Below are positions 8,662-18,260 of a DNA stretch of 64,000 nt, in pieces. The DNA is taken from contig JBDKHQ010000082.1 in NCBI GenBank assembly GCA_039797585.1, forward strand, positions 2,693 through 66,692, in the 5' to 3' direction. The translations under genes were made by a program, and so were the position numbers. How positions within the stretch are numbered: position 1 is the stretch's first letter; every line of letters begins with the position of its first letter. The DNA comes from Pseudomonadota bacterium (GTDB taxonomy: Bacteria > Pseudomonadota > Gammaproteobacteria > Diplorickettsiales > Diplorickettsiaceae). The notes beneath the pieces are model-generated. The model had not been told where the DNA came from. It searched no databases and worked only from the letters and a program-made list of their open reading frames with translations.

Positions 8662-9261
8662 TTAAACCTCTGTGCTACTGCTTACTTTGGATTTTTGTAA
8701 CGAAATATACTCGAGGGGCGTATAACTCTGACTGTATTCTGTTTTTTTACTATTAAATAGGACAATTTCATTGACTATCATAGGGCTGGTATTTAAATTT
8801 AATTCTTCACGTAGATTGGGTGCATGATGGTGAATAATCCGGCCCAAAGTTAAATGAGGTAAATAAGGTTTAGTTTCTGGAGTAAAGCCCAAATTCGAAG
8901 CAACCTCTTCTAGTGCATACGCAAGTTCAAAAAGTTCAGAAGTCGGAATAATATCCGCGGCTATGGCGCGTGGTGCCGTAGGAGATGGGAAAAAACGAAT
9001 ATTATGCAACTGCAGAGGAAAGGGTTCGATCTTATTAATTGCATTATGAGCATGTTTAGCCAATTCGGAAATTTTCTCAGGATTAGTTGTACCTAAAAAA
9101 CGTAGGGTGACATGTAGATTTTCTGGATGTACCCATCTAACGCGGTGCCCCCACGGTTCTTGTTTAAGTTCATCAATAAGTTGAGATAAGGCTTGACGTA
9201 GTTCGGAATTTAGTTCAACGGCAAAAAATAGACGTAAAGGATCATGAGTACTCAAGTGCAA
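8662..9261 (-). CDS. thpR: RNA 2',3'-cyclic phosphodiesterase (2H phosphoesterase, ThpR/LigT)
   Basis: Two H-x-T-x motifs (HVTLRFLG and HLTLGR) at the spacing typical of the 2H family. 199 aa. Confidence 0.85.
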   Translation of the reverse strand: MHLSTHDPLRLFFAVELNSELRQALSQLIDELKQEPWGHRVRWVHPENLHVTLRFLGTTNPEKISELAKHAHNAINKIEPFPLQLHNIRFFPSPTAPRAIAADIIPTSELFELAYALEEVASNLGFTPETKPYLPHLTLGRIIHHHAPNLREELNLNTSPMIVNEIVLFNSKKTEYSQSYTPLEYISLQKSKVSSSTEV

Positions 9262-9473
9262 CTTCCTTATTAAAGACTATGAGATTCAGAACAGCGCGTT
9301 ATTTTAATGGAAAAATAGGCAAGTTTCTATGCTAGAGCATTTATTAAATTTTTCCAAGAAGTTTTCGAGCTGTGACCGCAAATATTTTCACAACCATTCA
9401 TTATAATCTTGTTTGTAGCTTGTCTTTTATCAGTGATTGACGATTTAATGTGTAAACATTAACTTAAACTGAT

Positions 9474-9496
9474 TTTAATTCCTACTTTAATTCCTA
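9474..9496 (+). promoter_or_regulatory. perfect tandem 11-mer TTTAATTCCTA-c-TTTAATTCCTA upstream of cydAB
   Basis: Exact direct repeat with a 12-bp register, ~130 nt upstream of the cydA start. TATAAA/TATAAT-like hexamers lie ~33 nt downstream. Confidence 0.3.
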
Positions 9497-9622
9497 AAAA
9501 CGTCAAATATCCATTAAAATATTTCTAAGTATAAATATATAATACACCAATTAATCGACAGGATTCGTTTTTTCGCAAATTGGAGTATACTACAGAGTAA
9601 TTTTTCCGGTATTAAGTGCGCT

Positions 9623-11005
9623 ATGATTATCGATACTACACTGCTTTCCCGCATTCAGTTCGGATTTACGATTGGTTTTCATATTTTATTTCCTACGCTC
9701 AATATTGGTTTAGCCGTTTTTTTATCGGTAATGGAAGGAATTTGGTTAAAAACGGGGAATCCTGTTTATTTAAGAATTTGCCAATTTTGGACCAAGATTT
9801 TTGCCCTTACCTTTGGTATGGGTGTAGTTTCAGGTATTGTTTTGGCCTATGAGTTAGGAACTAACTTCGGACCTTTCATTAGTACTGCTGGTGGTGTCAT
9901 AGGCGCACTTTTTGTCTATGAAGTACTTTCTGCTTTTTTCCTTGAAGCTGGATTTTTAGGAGTGATGTTATTTGGTTGGGACAAAGTGGGTCCTAGATTA
10001 CATTATTTGGCAACTTTGTTGGTGACCTTAGGCACGCTATTTTCTGCTTTGGGAATTTTATCTGCAAATTCTTGGATGCAGACTCCCGCTGGCTTCCACA
10101 TTGATGCCGGTAAATATGTGGTAGATAGTTGGTGGACTGTAGTATTTAATCCATCAGCTATTCCACGTTTTCTGCACATGATTATGGCGTCATTGCTAAC
10201 CACCTGTTTTGCCATCGCAGGCGTGTCAGCCTGGTACTTGCTAAAGAGAAAATATCTAGATATCGCTAAACCTTGTTTTTCGTTTGTTTTTGCCGCAGCT
10301 ATGGTGATAGCACCTGTTCAAATATTGCTGGGTGATATGGTCGGCTTAAAAGTTTTTGAATATCAACCGCTTAAAACTGCAGCAATAGAAGCTAATTGGA
10401 ACACGCAAAATGGAGCCCCTTTAATTTTATTTGCTATTCCAAATAGTAAGCAAGAAAAAAATTATTATGAAATAAGCATACCAAAACTCGCTAGCTTAAT
10501 TAATACACACCATTGGGATGGTAAATTAATAGGTCTAAAAAGTGTTCCACGCGCAGACAGACCCGTTGTGGGAGCTACGTTTTGGATGTTTCGAGTGATG
10601 GTAGGTATAGGGTTTTTATTCTTTTTTGTTGCACTCTATGTTTTATGGCAAAGATGGCGCGGAAAACTTTATAACTCTGATATGCTTTATCGTTTGTGTA
10701 TTTTAATAGCCCCTTTAGGTTTTTTAAGCACCATTGCAGGTTGGGTTACCGCTGAATCTGGTAGACAACCATGGATTGTATATAACTTAATCAGCACTTC
10801 AGAAGGTGCTTCGATAGTTCCATTGCATCAGGTAATTATTTCTTTAGCCCTGCTAGTTACTGTTTATGGGATTATATTTACTTTTTACCTCTTTTATCTT
10901 TTTAAATTAATTCGCAACGGACCTACTCCTCCGATATTGGATGAATCAGTCGCTGAAGTGATAACGGAAACGCCCTTTAAATATTTAGCGCCAGAGGGTA
11001 AGTAA
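9623..11005 (+). CDS. cydA: cytochrome bd-type ubiquinol oxidase subunit I (short Q-loop, CioA-like)
   Basis: MIIDTTLLSRIQFGFTIGFHILFP... N-terminus, a GWVTAESGRQPW block, and a 460 aa multi-TM protein. Confidence 0.92.
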   Translation: MIIDTTLLSRIQFGFTIGFHILFPTLNIGLAVFLSVMEGIWLKTGNPVYLRICQFWTKIFALTFGMGVVSGIVLAYELGTNFGPFISTAGGVIGALFVYEVLSAFFLEAGFLGVMLFGWDKVGPRLHYLATLLVTLGTLFSALGILSANSWMQTPAGFHIDAGKYVVDSWWTVVFNPSAIPRFLHMIMASLLTTCFAIAGVSAWYLLKRKYLDIAKPCFSFVFAAAMVIAPVQILLGDMVGLKVFEYQPLKTAAIEANWNTQNGAPLILFAIPNSKQEKNYYEISIPKLASLINTHHWDGKLIGLKSVPRADRPVVGATFWMFRVMVGIGFLFFFVALYVLWQRWRGKLYNSDMLYRLCILIAPLGFLSTIAGWVTAESGRQPWIVYNLISTSEGASIVPLHQVIISLALLVTVYGIIFTFYLFYLFKLIRNGPTPPILDESVAEVITETPFKYLAPEGK

Positions 11006-11998
11006 ATGCTTTTAATTCTTACTTGGGCCACGATTATTTCTTTAATCATAATGATGTATGTTTTATTGGATGGATTCGACCTGGGAGTAGGTATTTTATT
11101 TCCATGGATAAAATCGAGTGAATATAGAGATATTATGATGAGCACCGTTGTGCCCGTCTGGGATGGAAATGAAACTTGGTTGGTGTTTGGCGCCGCGGCA
11201 TTATATGCGGCCTTCCCAATAGCCTATGGCATTTTGTTACCTACTTTATATATGCCGATAATGATTCTATTAGTCGCGCTAATTTTTCGTGGAGTCGCTT
11301 TCGAGTTTCGCTTTAAAGCACATAAAAGTCAGTTTGTTTGGGATATCGCCTTTGCTGCAGGATCAATATTAGCCGCCTTTACTCAGGGGATCATTTTAGG
11401 TACGTTTGTAAAAGGATATGGTAACCATCTCCCTTTATCTCACTCGGCTTACCATTGGCTCACGCCTTTTACTATATTTACCGGAGTTGCTGTGGTTTGC
11501 GGTTATGCCTTATTAGGAGCAACATGGCTAATTATAAAAACAGAGGGCGTGTTACAAGAAAGAATGTTTAAAGCGGCTAAGGTTTTATTGCCTGTAGTTG
11601 CTTTTTTCCTAGTCAGTGTAAGTATTTGGACGCCGATAATCGAGCCACAAGTTATGCAGCGTTGGTTTTCGTTACCCAACTTTTATTATTTATCTGCGCT
11701 ACCGATTTTAACGATATTGATAGTATTTTATAATTTCTATTGCTTACAAAAGAAAAAGGAAAGGTTGCCTTTTATTCTAACGATAGGATTGTTTGTTTTT
11801 TCCTATATAGGTTTTTGTATTAGCGCATGGCCTTACATTATTCCGCATGTACTTCCAGTTTGGGAAGCGGCTGCACCACCCTCTACACTAAAATTTATAT
11901 TAGTCGGCGCGGCGATTATATTACCGATATTATTAATTTATACGCTTTATTCTTACCATGTTTTTAGAGGGAAAGTAAAAACGGTTATCCATTATTAA
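11006..11998 (+). CDS. cydB: cytochrome bd-type ubiquinol oxidase subunit II
   Basis: Starts immediately after the cydA stop. LLDGFDLGVGIL and WDGNETWLV blocks. 330 aa multi-TM protein. Confidence 0.92.
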   Translation: MLLILTWATIISLIIMMYVLLDGFDLGVGILFPWIKSSEYRDIMMSTVVPVWDGNETWLVFGAAALYAAFPIAYGILLPTLYMPIMILLVALIFRGVAFEFRFKAHKSQFVWDIAFAAGSILAAFTQGIILGTFVKGYGNHLPLSHSAYHWLTPFTIFTGVAVVCGYALLGATWLIIKTEGVLQERMFKAAKVLLPVVAFFLVSVSIWTPIIEPQVMQRWFSLPNFYYLSALPILTILIVFYNFYCLQKKKERLPFILTIGLFVFSYIGFCISAWPYIIPHVLPVWEAAAPPSTLKFILVGAAIILPILLIYTLYSYHVFRGKVKTVIHY

Positions 11999-12001
11999 TG
12001 T

Positions 12002-12109
12002 ATGAAAAAGCGCTTACGACAGTGGCTATGGTTTATCGGCTTATATATAGCCGGCGTGACGACTATTATCGTGGTCTCTAAGATACTACGATATTTTATT
12101 CCACATTAA
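12002..12109 (+). CDS. 35-aa single-TM peptide after cydB (DUF2474/CydX-like oxidase accessory peptide)
   Basis: Below the ORF-track cutoff. ATG at 12002 gives MKKRLRQWLWFIGLYIAGVTTIIVVSKILRYFIPH*. A basic N-terminus plus one hydrophobic helix, 3 nt after the cydB stop, is the typical position for small bd-oxidase subunits. Confidence 0.55.
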   Translation: MKKRLRQWLWFIGLYIAGVTTIIVVSKILRYFIPH

Positions 12110-12122
12110 AACTTTCTATATA

Positions 12123-13460
12123 TTAGATCTTCATTAATGGCATAGTAGTTTCAACTCTATCCAATAATTTAACTTCAGGCATTTTTTTATAAAAAAACAG
12201 CATTCTTTTTTCTTTCGATATCAAAAACTTAGGCGCCCACTTGGCTAAAGTATCTAGTATTTTATTTAGAGCACCATCAATTTTTACGGTACATAAATAA
12301 TTTTTTTGGAAATTTGATATTTTATTTTTAATGCCAAATTCAAAATTTTTAAAAGCGGTTGTATCTAAATTGTCTTTTTTTTCTTCTTTAAATACTGAGT
12401 TGTACAACAAAGAATGAAAATATATATCAGTTCTTCCTTTTAAAGTAGCTGCCAAAAACGTAATTTCCGGTATTTTATTGGCATGAGTAGTTAATTCTTC
12501 AATTAATTGAAGAAAATTTTGATAATTTTTTCTAAAATAATCTAACTTTTTTCGACAGGTTTGAATTGAATCATAACCGCTGTAATCGCCAAAAACACAG
12601 ACAAACCCCTTTTCTGAAAAATAAGCTTGTTTAAAAAAATCGTATGGTGGTATCAATTTACTATCCATAGAATTTTCAATCATTGAATCTAATAATTGCT
12701 TAATATCTTTTTGATTCAAGCTAGGAGTTAAATCCGTTAATTTGGTGCGTAACTGGTCATAGGAAAATACCATCTTGCTAATATTGGTTTCTTGTTGTCC
12801 TTTTTTAGACTTTTCTGTAGGTTCGGCTGCGAAGGTTAAATTATCATTTAAGCAAGCGATAAAGTTATTTATCTCAAAAGCAAAGCATGTAGTTAAGTAA
12901 GCCGCTGAATTAATTAATTCAGGAGAAGAAAGCTGTACAACATTAGTTAAGGTATATCTTTGTATAAAGATTTTTAGAAAAATAAAAAAAAGTCTAATGT
13001 TAACTTTTTTTTCTCTATTTTCAGGAAGCTGTAAACTATTTTCTCGTTTTAAATTAATGACGTTATCAATATTCAAATTAATAATTTTTTTAGTGTGAGA
13101 ATCTATGATATTTTTTAATGATTCTTTAAGGGTTAATTTCGGTTTAAGAAACTCATCGGTCCTTAGCTTCTCAATAAATTGATTTTTATCTGTTACGGTA
13201 ATCCCGAAAGGACTTAGAAGTTCACTAGTAAGTCTAATTTGCCTATTTTTCCATCTAGCTTTTAAACTAATATTAAAAAACGTTTCATCAAGATCTTGAT
13301 AGTCAAATTCTAATTGATCTAATTTTGCCTTTAAAATATCACGGGGAAATTTTTTGAAAAATTTATCTAATGGGAGTGGCTGTTTAATGAATTTAAGTAA
13401 GCAATCGACATCGACGATGAGATTCGCGTCAGGTATGAATGGAAAAATATTTTTTTTCAT
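12123..13460 (-). CDS. hypothetical protein, 445 aa, Lys/Asn/Phe-rich orphan
   Basis: Long intact ORF, visibly more AT-rich than the flanking cyd and def genes. No signal peptide, TM segment or family motif recognised. Confidence 0.6.
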   Translation of the reverse strand: MKKNIFPFIPDANLIVDVDCLLKFIKQPLPLDKFFKKFPRDILKAKLDQLEFDYQDLDETFFNISLKARWKNRQIRLTSELLSPFGITVTDKNQFIEKLRTDEFLKPKLTLKESLKNIIDSHTKKIINLNIDNVINLKRENSLQLPENREKKVNIRLFFIFLKIFIQRYTLTNVVQLSSPELINSAAYLTTCFAFEINNFIACLNDNLTFAAEPTEKSKKGQQETNISKMVFSYDQLRTKLTDLTPSLNQKDIKQLLDSMIENSMDSKLIPPYDFFKQAYFSEKGFVCVFGDYSGYDSIQTCRKKLDYFRKNYQNFLQLIEELTTHANKIPEITFLAATLKGRTDIYFHSLLYNSVFKEEKKDNLDTTAFKNFEFGIKNKISNFQKNYLCTVKIDGALNKILDTLAKWAPKFLISKEKRMLFFYKKMPEVKLLDRVETTMPLMKI

Positions 13461-13502
13461 TACTATTTAGTTATAAAGACCTCCTTGTCGATTAAGTCGA
13501 GG

Positions 13503-13592
13503 CTAAATAAAACAACAGCAAAAAAATCCGTCTCCAGCGCCAATATCTACTATTTTATCTCCTGGCACAGTAGCATAAATTAAGTCTTGTGC
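13503..13592 (-). pseudogene. relic of a class I SAM-dependent methyltransferase (motif I fragment only)
   Basis: Minus-strand frame reads AQDLIYATVPGDKIVDIGAGDGFFCCCFI* and is bounded by stops on both sides. (V/I)-D-I-G-A-G-D-G is a canonical SAM-binding motif I. The match covers only ~15 informative residues. Confidence 0.3.
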
Positions 13593-13856
13593 CTATTAAG
13601 CCATTTGACTACAAGCAGTATTGCTATAAATTTTAAGCTATTTGAAGAATTTTATTGCTAATCGAAGTTTTTTCTTGGCAAAAATCACTAATAATTTCAA
13701 AAATTGATTATTTTTTTTCAAAAAAGAGTGATTGACTAAACCAATTAAAGCAAGGAAAATTGGCCGCTGAACTGTCAGACGCTAGATTTAGTATATTATA
13801 ACGAAAACAAGTATCGTATTTACCTTTGATTTTGATGAGTAAAAGAAGATAAACAT

Positions 13857-14363
13857 ATGGCTATTCATCCTATTATCCAGCTCCCAGATGTACGTTTGCG
13901 CGCGCCTACAGAACCGGTTACCATTTTTGATGAAAGTTTACAGCAATTAATTGAGGATATGTTTGAGACCATGTACGCTGCTAAAGGCATAGGCTTAGCT
14001 GCTCCACAAATTGCTATTAGCAAAAAATTAGCGGTTATTGACGTTTCCAATAATAAGTCGAAAACTTGGTGTCTAATTAACCCAATCATTGTTGAGAAAA
14101 AAGGTGAGGCTTTAATGGAAGAAGGTTGTTTATCAGTCCCAGGAATTTATGACAAAGCTCCGCGAGCGTTATGGGTTAAACTACAGGCCTTAGATAGACA
14201 TGGAAAGCCATATGAAATCGAAGCAGAAGATTTATTGGCGCATTGTATACAACATGAAATAGACCATCTCAACGGTAAGTTATTTTTAGATCATTTATCT
14301 CCCCTTAAACGTCAATTAGCACGTAAAAAGCTCGAAAAAATCAAGAAGAGGGGGAAATCTTGA
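13857..14363 (+). CDS. def: peptide deformylase
   Basis: GIGLAAPQ, EGCLS and HEIDHLNG metal-binding motifs. 168 aa. Confidence 0.95.
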   Translation: MAIHPIIQLPDVRLRAPTEPVTIFDESLQQLIEDMFETMYAAKGIGLAAPQIAISKKLAVIDVSNNKSKTWCLINPIIVEKKGEALMEEGCLSVPGIYDKAPRALWVKLQALDRHGKPYEIEAEDLLAHCIQHEIDHLNGKLFLDHLSPLKRQLARKKLEKIKKRGKS

Positions 14364-15307
14364 AACTCATTTTTGCAGGGACACCTGAGTTTGCCTTGCC
14401 CAGCTTACAAGCTTTGTTGAGCTCTAGTCATAAAATATCCGCAGTTTATACACAACCTGATCGTCCTGCTGGAAGAGGTCGAAAATTATTGATGAGCCCG
14501 GTTAAAAAACTTGCTTTAGAGAATAAACTTCCTGTTTACCAGCCCGCTAGTTTGCGTGATGCTAACGAACAAAAAAAATTAGCTACTTTTCATGCAGATT
14601 TAATGGTGGTAGTCGCCTATGGCCTTATTCTTCCGTCTGAGGTATTAACCATACCTCGTTTTGGCTGCATCAATGTTCATGCGTCTTTGTTACCGCGTTG
14701 GCGAGGAGCTGCACCTATTCAACGAGCTATTTTAGAAGGTGATCTAGAAACAGGTGTTACCATCATGCAAATGGATGAAGGTCTGGATACGGGTGAAATG
14801 ATAAAGAAATTTTCATGTGCTATAGAACCAAACGATACTAATAAAACCTTACAAGATCGATTAGCTGATTTAGGCGCCCGAGCGTTAATAGAAAGTTTAA
14901 ATGTAATTGAAAATGGCTCTTATCGTTCAGAACCTCAGAATGAAAAAGCTAGTACTTATGCAAAAAAAATTAATAAATCGGAAGCGGAAATAGATTGGGA
15001 GAAGTCTGCAGTTTACTTAGATAGAATGGTTCGCGCTTTTCATCCTAAGCCAATTGCTCGCGTGGTATTAGGCAAGTCTATACTGCGCATTTGTAAAGCA
15101 GAAGTACTCGATGAAACCACTTCTGAAAAACCTGGTCTAATCTTAAAAGCTGACCGCGAAGGGATAGATGTGGCTACAGGAAAAGGTGTTTTACGTTTAT
15201 TAGAAGTGCAATGGCCGGGAGGCAGATGTCTCCCGATTTCAAGTTTTATCCATGGTAAATCGGAATTATTTCATGTGGGTGCGATTTTAGATCGAATGTA
15301 TGTCTAA
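14360..15307 (+). CDS. fmt: methionyl-tRNA formyltransferase
   Basis: TTG start overlapping the def stop. IFAGTPEFA, TQPDRPAGRG, HASLLPRWRGAAPIQ. 315 aa. Confidence 0.94.
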   Translation: MKLIFAGTPEFALPSLQALLSSSHKISAVYTQPDRPAGRGRKLLMSPVKKLALENKLPVYQPASLRDANEQKKLATFHADLMVVVAYGLILPSEVLTIPRFGCINVHASLLPRWRGAAPIQRAILEGDLETGVTIMQMDEGLDTGEMIKKFSCAIEPNDTNKTLQDRLADLGARALIESLNVIENGSYRSEPQNEKASTYAKKINKSEAEIDWEKSAVYLDRMVRAFHPKPIARVVLGKSILRICKAEVLDETTSEKPGLILKADREGIDVATGKGVLRLLEVQWPGGRCLPISSFIHGKSELFHVGAILDRMYV

Positions 15308-16607
15308 TTCCCGGGCAATAGCCGCACAAATCATTTCTCGTGTTTTAAAAGCCAGAATATCACTTACGGATGCTTTATCAACTGGTGTAAATGCGGATAT
15401 TAATTCTCGTGATAGAGCATTTATACAAGAATTGTGTTACGGCGTGATACGCTGGTATGCGCCTTTAAAGCAACTTTGTTCCTATTTATTAAAAAACCCT
15501 CTTAATGCCACCGATCAAGATATTTATGCGCTATTGTTAATTGGGCTCTATCAACTTAATTACTTAAGCACGTCCCCGCATGCGGCCGTTCATGAAACGG
15601 TACAGGCAGCGAGAGAACTGAATAAAGTATGGGCAGTGCCATTAATTAATGGGGTATTACGATCATTTCAACGTCAGAAGGCCAGTTTATTAAAAAAATT
15701 ACCTAAAGATAGTCATTTTGCACACCCTGATTGGCTAATTAAAAAGTTACAACAGGCATGGCCTAATGAATGGCAAGCAATTTTAGCTGCTAATAATCAT
15801 TTGCCTCCTATGAGTCTACGCGTTAATCTTTTGAAAATTACGCGAAAGGATTACGCACAAAAATTAAAAGATAACAGTATAACTGGGAACTTAAGCGAAT
15901 TGAGTCAAGCCGGAATTATGCTCGAGGAATCTTGCCCGGTACTTAAACTACCAGGTTTTCTGGAAGGGGAAGTTTCTATACAAGATACGGCTGCACAATT
16001 GGCTGCGCCCTTATTATTATTAGCGCCTGGACAACGAATTTTAGATGCTTGTGCAGCGCCAGGAGGGAAAACAACACATATTTTGGAAGTACAACCTGAT
16101 TTAGTGAGTTGTCTTGCTATCGATCATGATGCAATCCGCTTAAATAAGGTTAAGGAAAATCTGAATCGTTTAAGATTGACAGATAAGAAAGTGCAATTGT
16201 TATGCACAAAAGCAGAGGATCTCAAAAGTACTTGGAAGGGAGACCTATTCGATAGAATATTATTAGATGCGCCTTGTTCGGGAACCGGCGTTATTCGTAA
16301 ACACCCTGACATTAAATTATTACGCAGAGAAGAGGATATTGATAAATTAGCTGAACAACAATATCAACTGATATCAAGTCTTTGGGGGTTATTAAAGCCG
16401 AATGGCATCTTATTATATGTAACTTGCTCGGTATTGCCGGAGGAAAATAACGAGGTATTACTTCGTTTTTTATCTCGTTACTCAGATGCAAAAGAAGAGG
16501 TCATCGACGAGAAATGGGGGGTAGCTTGTCCAATAGGGAGGCAAATTCTTCCCCAAATTCATGGACCTGATGGCTTTTATTATGCTAGGTTACGTAAAAG
16601 AGCTTAG
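15300..16607 (+). CDS. rsmB: 16S rRNA (cytosine967-C5)-methyltransferase
   Basis: NusB-like N-terminal domain, SAM site DACAAPGGKT, catalytic DAPCSGTG and TCS motifs. Follows def-fmt as in E. coli. Confidence 0.92.
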   Translation: MSNSRAIAAQIISRVLKARISLTDALSTGVNADINSRDRAFIQELCYGVIRWYAPLKQLCSYLLKNPLNATDQDIYALLLIGLYQLNYLSTSPHAAVHETVQAARELNKVWAVPLINGVLRSFQRQKASLLKKLPKDSHFAHPDWLIKKLQQAWPNEWQAILAANNHLPPMSLRVNLLKITRKDYAQKLKDNSITGNLSELSQAGIMLEESCPVLKLPGFLEGEVSIQDTAAQLAAPLLLLAPGQRILDACAAPGGKTTHILEVQPDLVSCLAIDHDAIRLNKVKENLNRLRLTDKKVQLLCTKAEDLKSTWKGDLFDRILLDAPCSGTGVIRKHPDIKLLRREEDIDKLAEQQYQLISSLWGLLKPNGILLYVTCSVLPEENNEVLLRFLSRYSDAKEEVIDEKWGVACPIGRQILPQIHGPDGFYYARLRKRA

Positions 16608-16642
16608 AGTTGAGCTCTATTCTAGAATAAGATGGGAAAATC

Positions 16643-17164
16643 ATGAAAACAATCTCGCTATTTTTTTATTGTGTATTAACTACTGCTATGTTCGCTATGT
16701 TCGGTTGCGCTTCTAATCAATCTTTAGATAAAGCTCCCATAGAAAAAAAAACTTCAGTGAGCGTTAAGAAAAAAAAGGATTTACCACCCCCTGCCATGCA
16801 AGTTATCCAAGGTCCTGATCGGCTCAGAGTCATTGCCTATAGTGATGTTTGTTTTCGACGAAATGGGAAATTAACTGTCAATTGTGTCCAACAGCTTAGT
16901 CAAACTATAAAACTTATAAAGTCTTATGGAGATGGACTCATTCAAGTAGTGGGATATAGCGATGATCTTTATGATCCACAAACAGCGGCTGTTATTACAC
17001 AAGATCAAGCAGAAGTAATAACGAGTTTTTTATGGTCACATGGAATAGGTTCGCAACGTCTGCGCACAATTGGATATGGCCGACATGATTTTATTGCGAG
17101 TAATCGAAACGTTAAAGCAAGTAGTTTTAATCGTCGCGTTGAGATTATCTTAGTAAAAAATTAA
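16643..17164 (+). CDS. OmpA-family (peptidoglycan-associating) lipoprotein
   Basis: Lipobox FGC|AS. C-terminal OmpA_C-like domain (VVGYSD..., GYG..., NRRVEIIL). Confidence 0.8.
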   Translation: MKTISLFFYCVLTTAMFAMFGCASNQSLDKAPIEKKTSVSVKKKKDLPPPAMQVIQGPDRLRVIAYSDVCFRRNGKLTVNCVQQLSQTIKLIKSYGDGLIQVVGYSDDLYDPQTAAVITQDQAEVITSFLWSHGIGSQRLRTIGYGRHDFIASNRNVKASSFNRRVEIILVKN

Positions 17165-17178
17165 TTCAAGACACGCTA

Positions 17179-18075
17179 TTAATTTTTGTTAAGTACTAGG
17201 CCTTCGCCTTCAAAATACTTACTTATAAAATTAATCGGTGTCGAGTAATAAATCACACTATTATCCTTTGCAAACGCTCTCAGCGCATTTCTGGTATTAA
17301 CGGTTGCTTGGGCGTGTTTTTCCGTTTTAATAAATCCTTGCTGGGCGCGCAGATGTTGGGCAAATAATCGAATATCTTGTGTTAATTGGATATCTACAGT
17401 TTTGACGATTCCTGCTAAGTCAATTTTTCCCTTACCTTTAGCATCTATTCTTAAATAAGGACTATTAACCCAATAAACCTGCAAATTTCCATTGCCTGTA
17501 AAATTGATCTTATTTAATGAAACGATGCCTTGAAGAACAATATTATGGCAATTATGAGCTTCTATTTTTAGATTTGAGCTCAGTATATTATGAAAAATTA
17601 TGTTTTCATTCCCGATACTATAAAGGGATTTTAGATTCAATTTGTTGGTATAAAGATTGATTTGGCCTGCTCCTCGTGTGCGCAGAGTTAAAGAACCAGA
17701 TAGTCCCTTGCCAAACAGAGTCGCGTTACTATCGAATTGGATTTGTTTTATTTGCGTAGGAGAGGTATTGATTCGAATTGTTAACCTTTCACCAGGCGCG
17801 GACTTATAAACGGGTTTTGTTCCAAGATATAATATATGGTTTTTTTCACTATACGTGACTGCAAGGACTCTTTTCGGATCACCCAGAATTTGTAACGAAG
17901 TATGGGTTTGGGTCGCATCGATATAAACATTAACCGGCCCCTGAATATCTAAACTATCGAAATCATTAATTGAGATATTCTTGCATATTATAGCCGCTCT
18001 ATGAGGAGGCAATTGTGCGTGCCCTAAGCTACAAAGAGACAGACTGATAAGTAAACAATAGGCGATGATTTTCAT
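17179..18075 (-). CDS. secreted beta-rich protein, DUF2807/GIN-domain-like
   Basis: Sec signal peptide (…SLGHA|Q). Repetitive beta-strand pattern with DIQGPVNVYI...LQILGD... resembles the putative autotransporter-adhesin head (GIN) domain. Family assignment is from memory only. Confidence 0.5.
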   Translation of the reverse strand: MKIIAYCLLISLSLCSLGHAQLPPHRAAIICKNISINDFDSLDIQGPVNVYIDATQTHTSLQILGDPKRVLAVTYSEKNHILYLGTKPVYKSAPGERLTIRINTSPTQIKQIQFDSNATLFGKGLSGSLTLRTRGAGQINLYTNKLNLKSLYSIGNENIIFHNILSSNLKIEAHNCHNIVLQGIVSLNKINFTGNGNLQVYWVNSPYLRIDAKGKGKIDLAGIVKTVDIQLTQDIRLFAQHLRAQQGFIKTEKHAQATVNTRNALRAFAKDNSVIYYSTPINFISKYFEGEGLVLNKN

Positions 18076-18260
18076 AAGCTTATGCTCTTATTATTATTTT
18101 TATGGGATATTAACCTTGTAGGAGGCTATTTACCAGTAAAGATTAAGCATTTAAGCCAGGGGCATAACAATTCAAGAGGGATATATCAGCTTATTGGCTA
18201 TATTTTTCCTGGAGGGTATTGCGCTATAATCTCGTCCTTCTAACCTATTGGTTAATATTT

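Noticed and set aside
9421-9470. Possible FNR/ANR box (TTGAT-N4-ATCAA) upstream of cydAB around TTGACGATTTAATG.
   Set aside because: Only one half-site is approximated and the second half does not match ATCAA.
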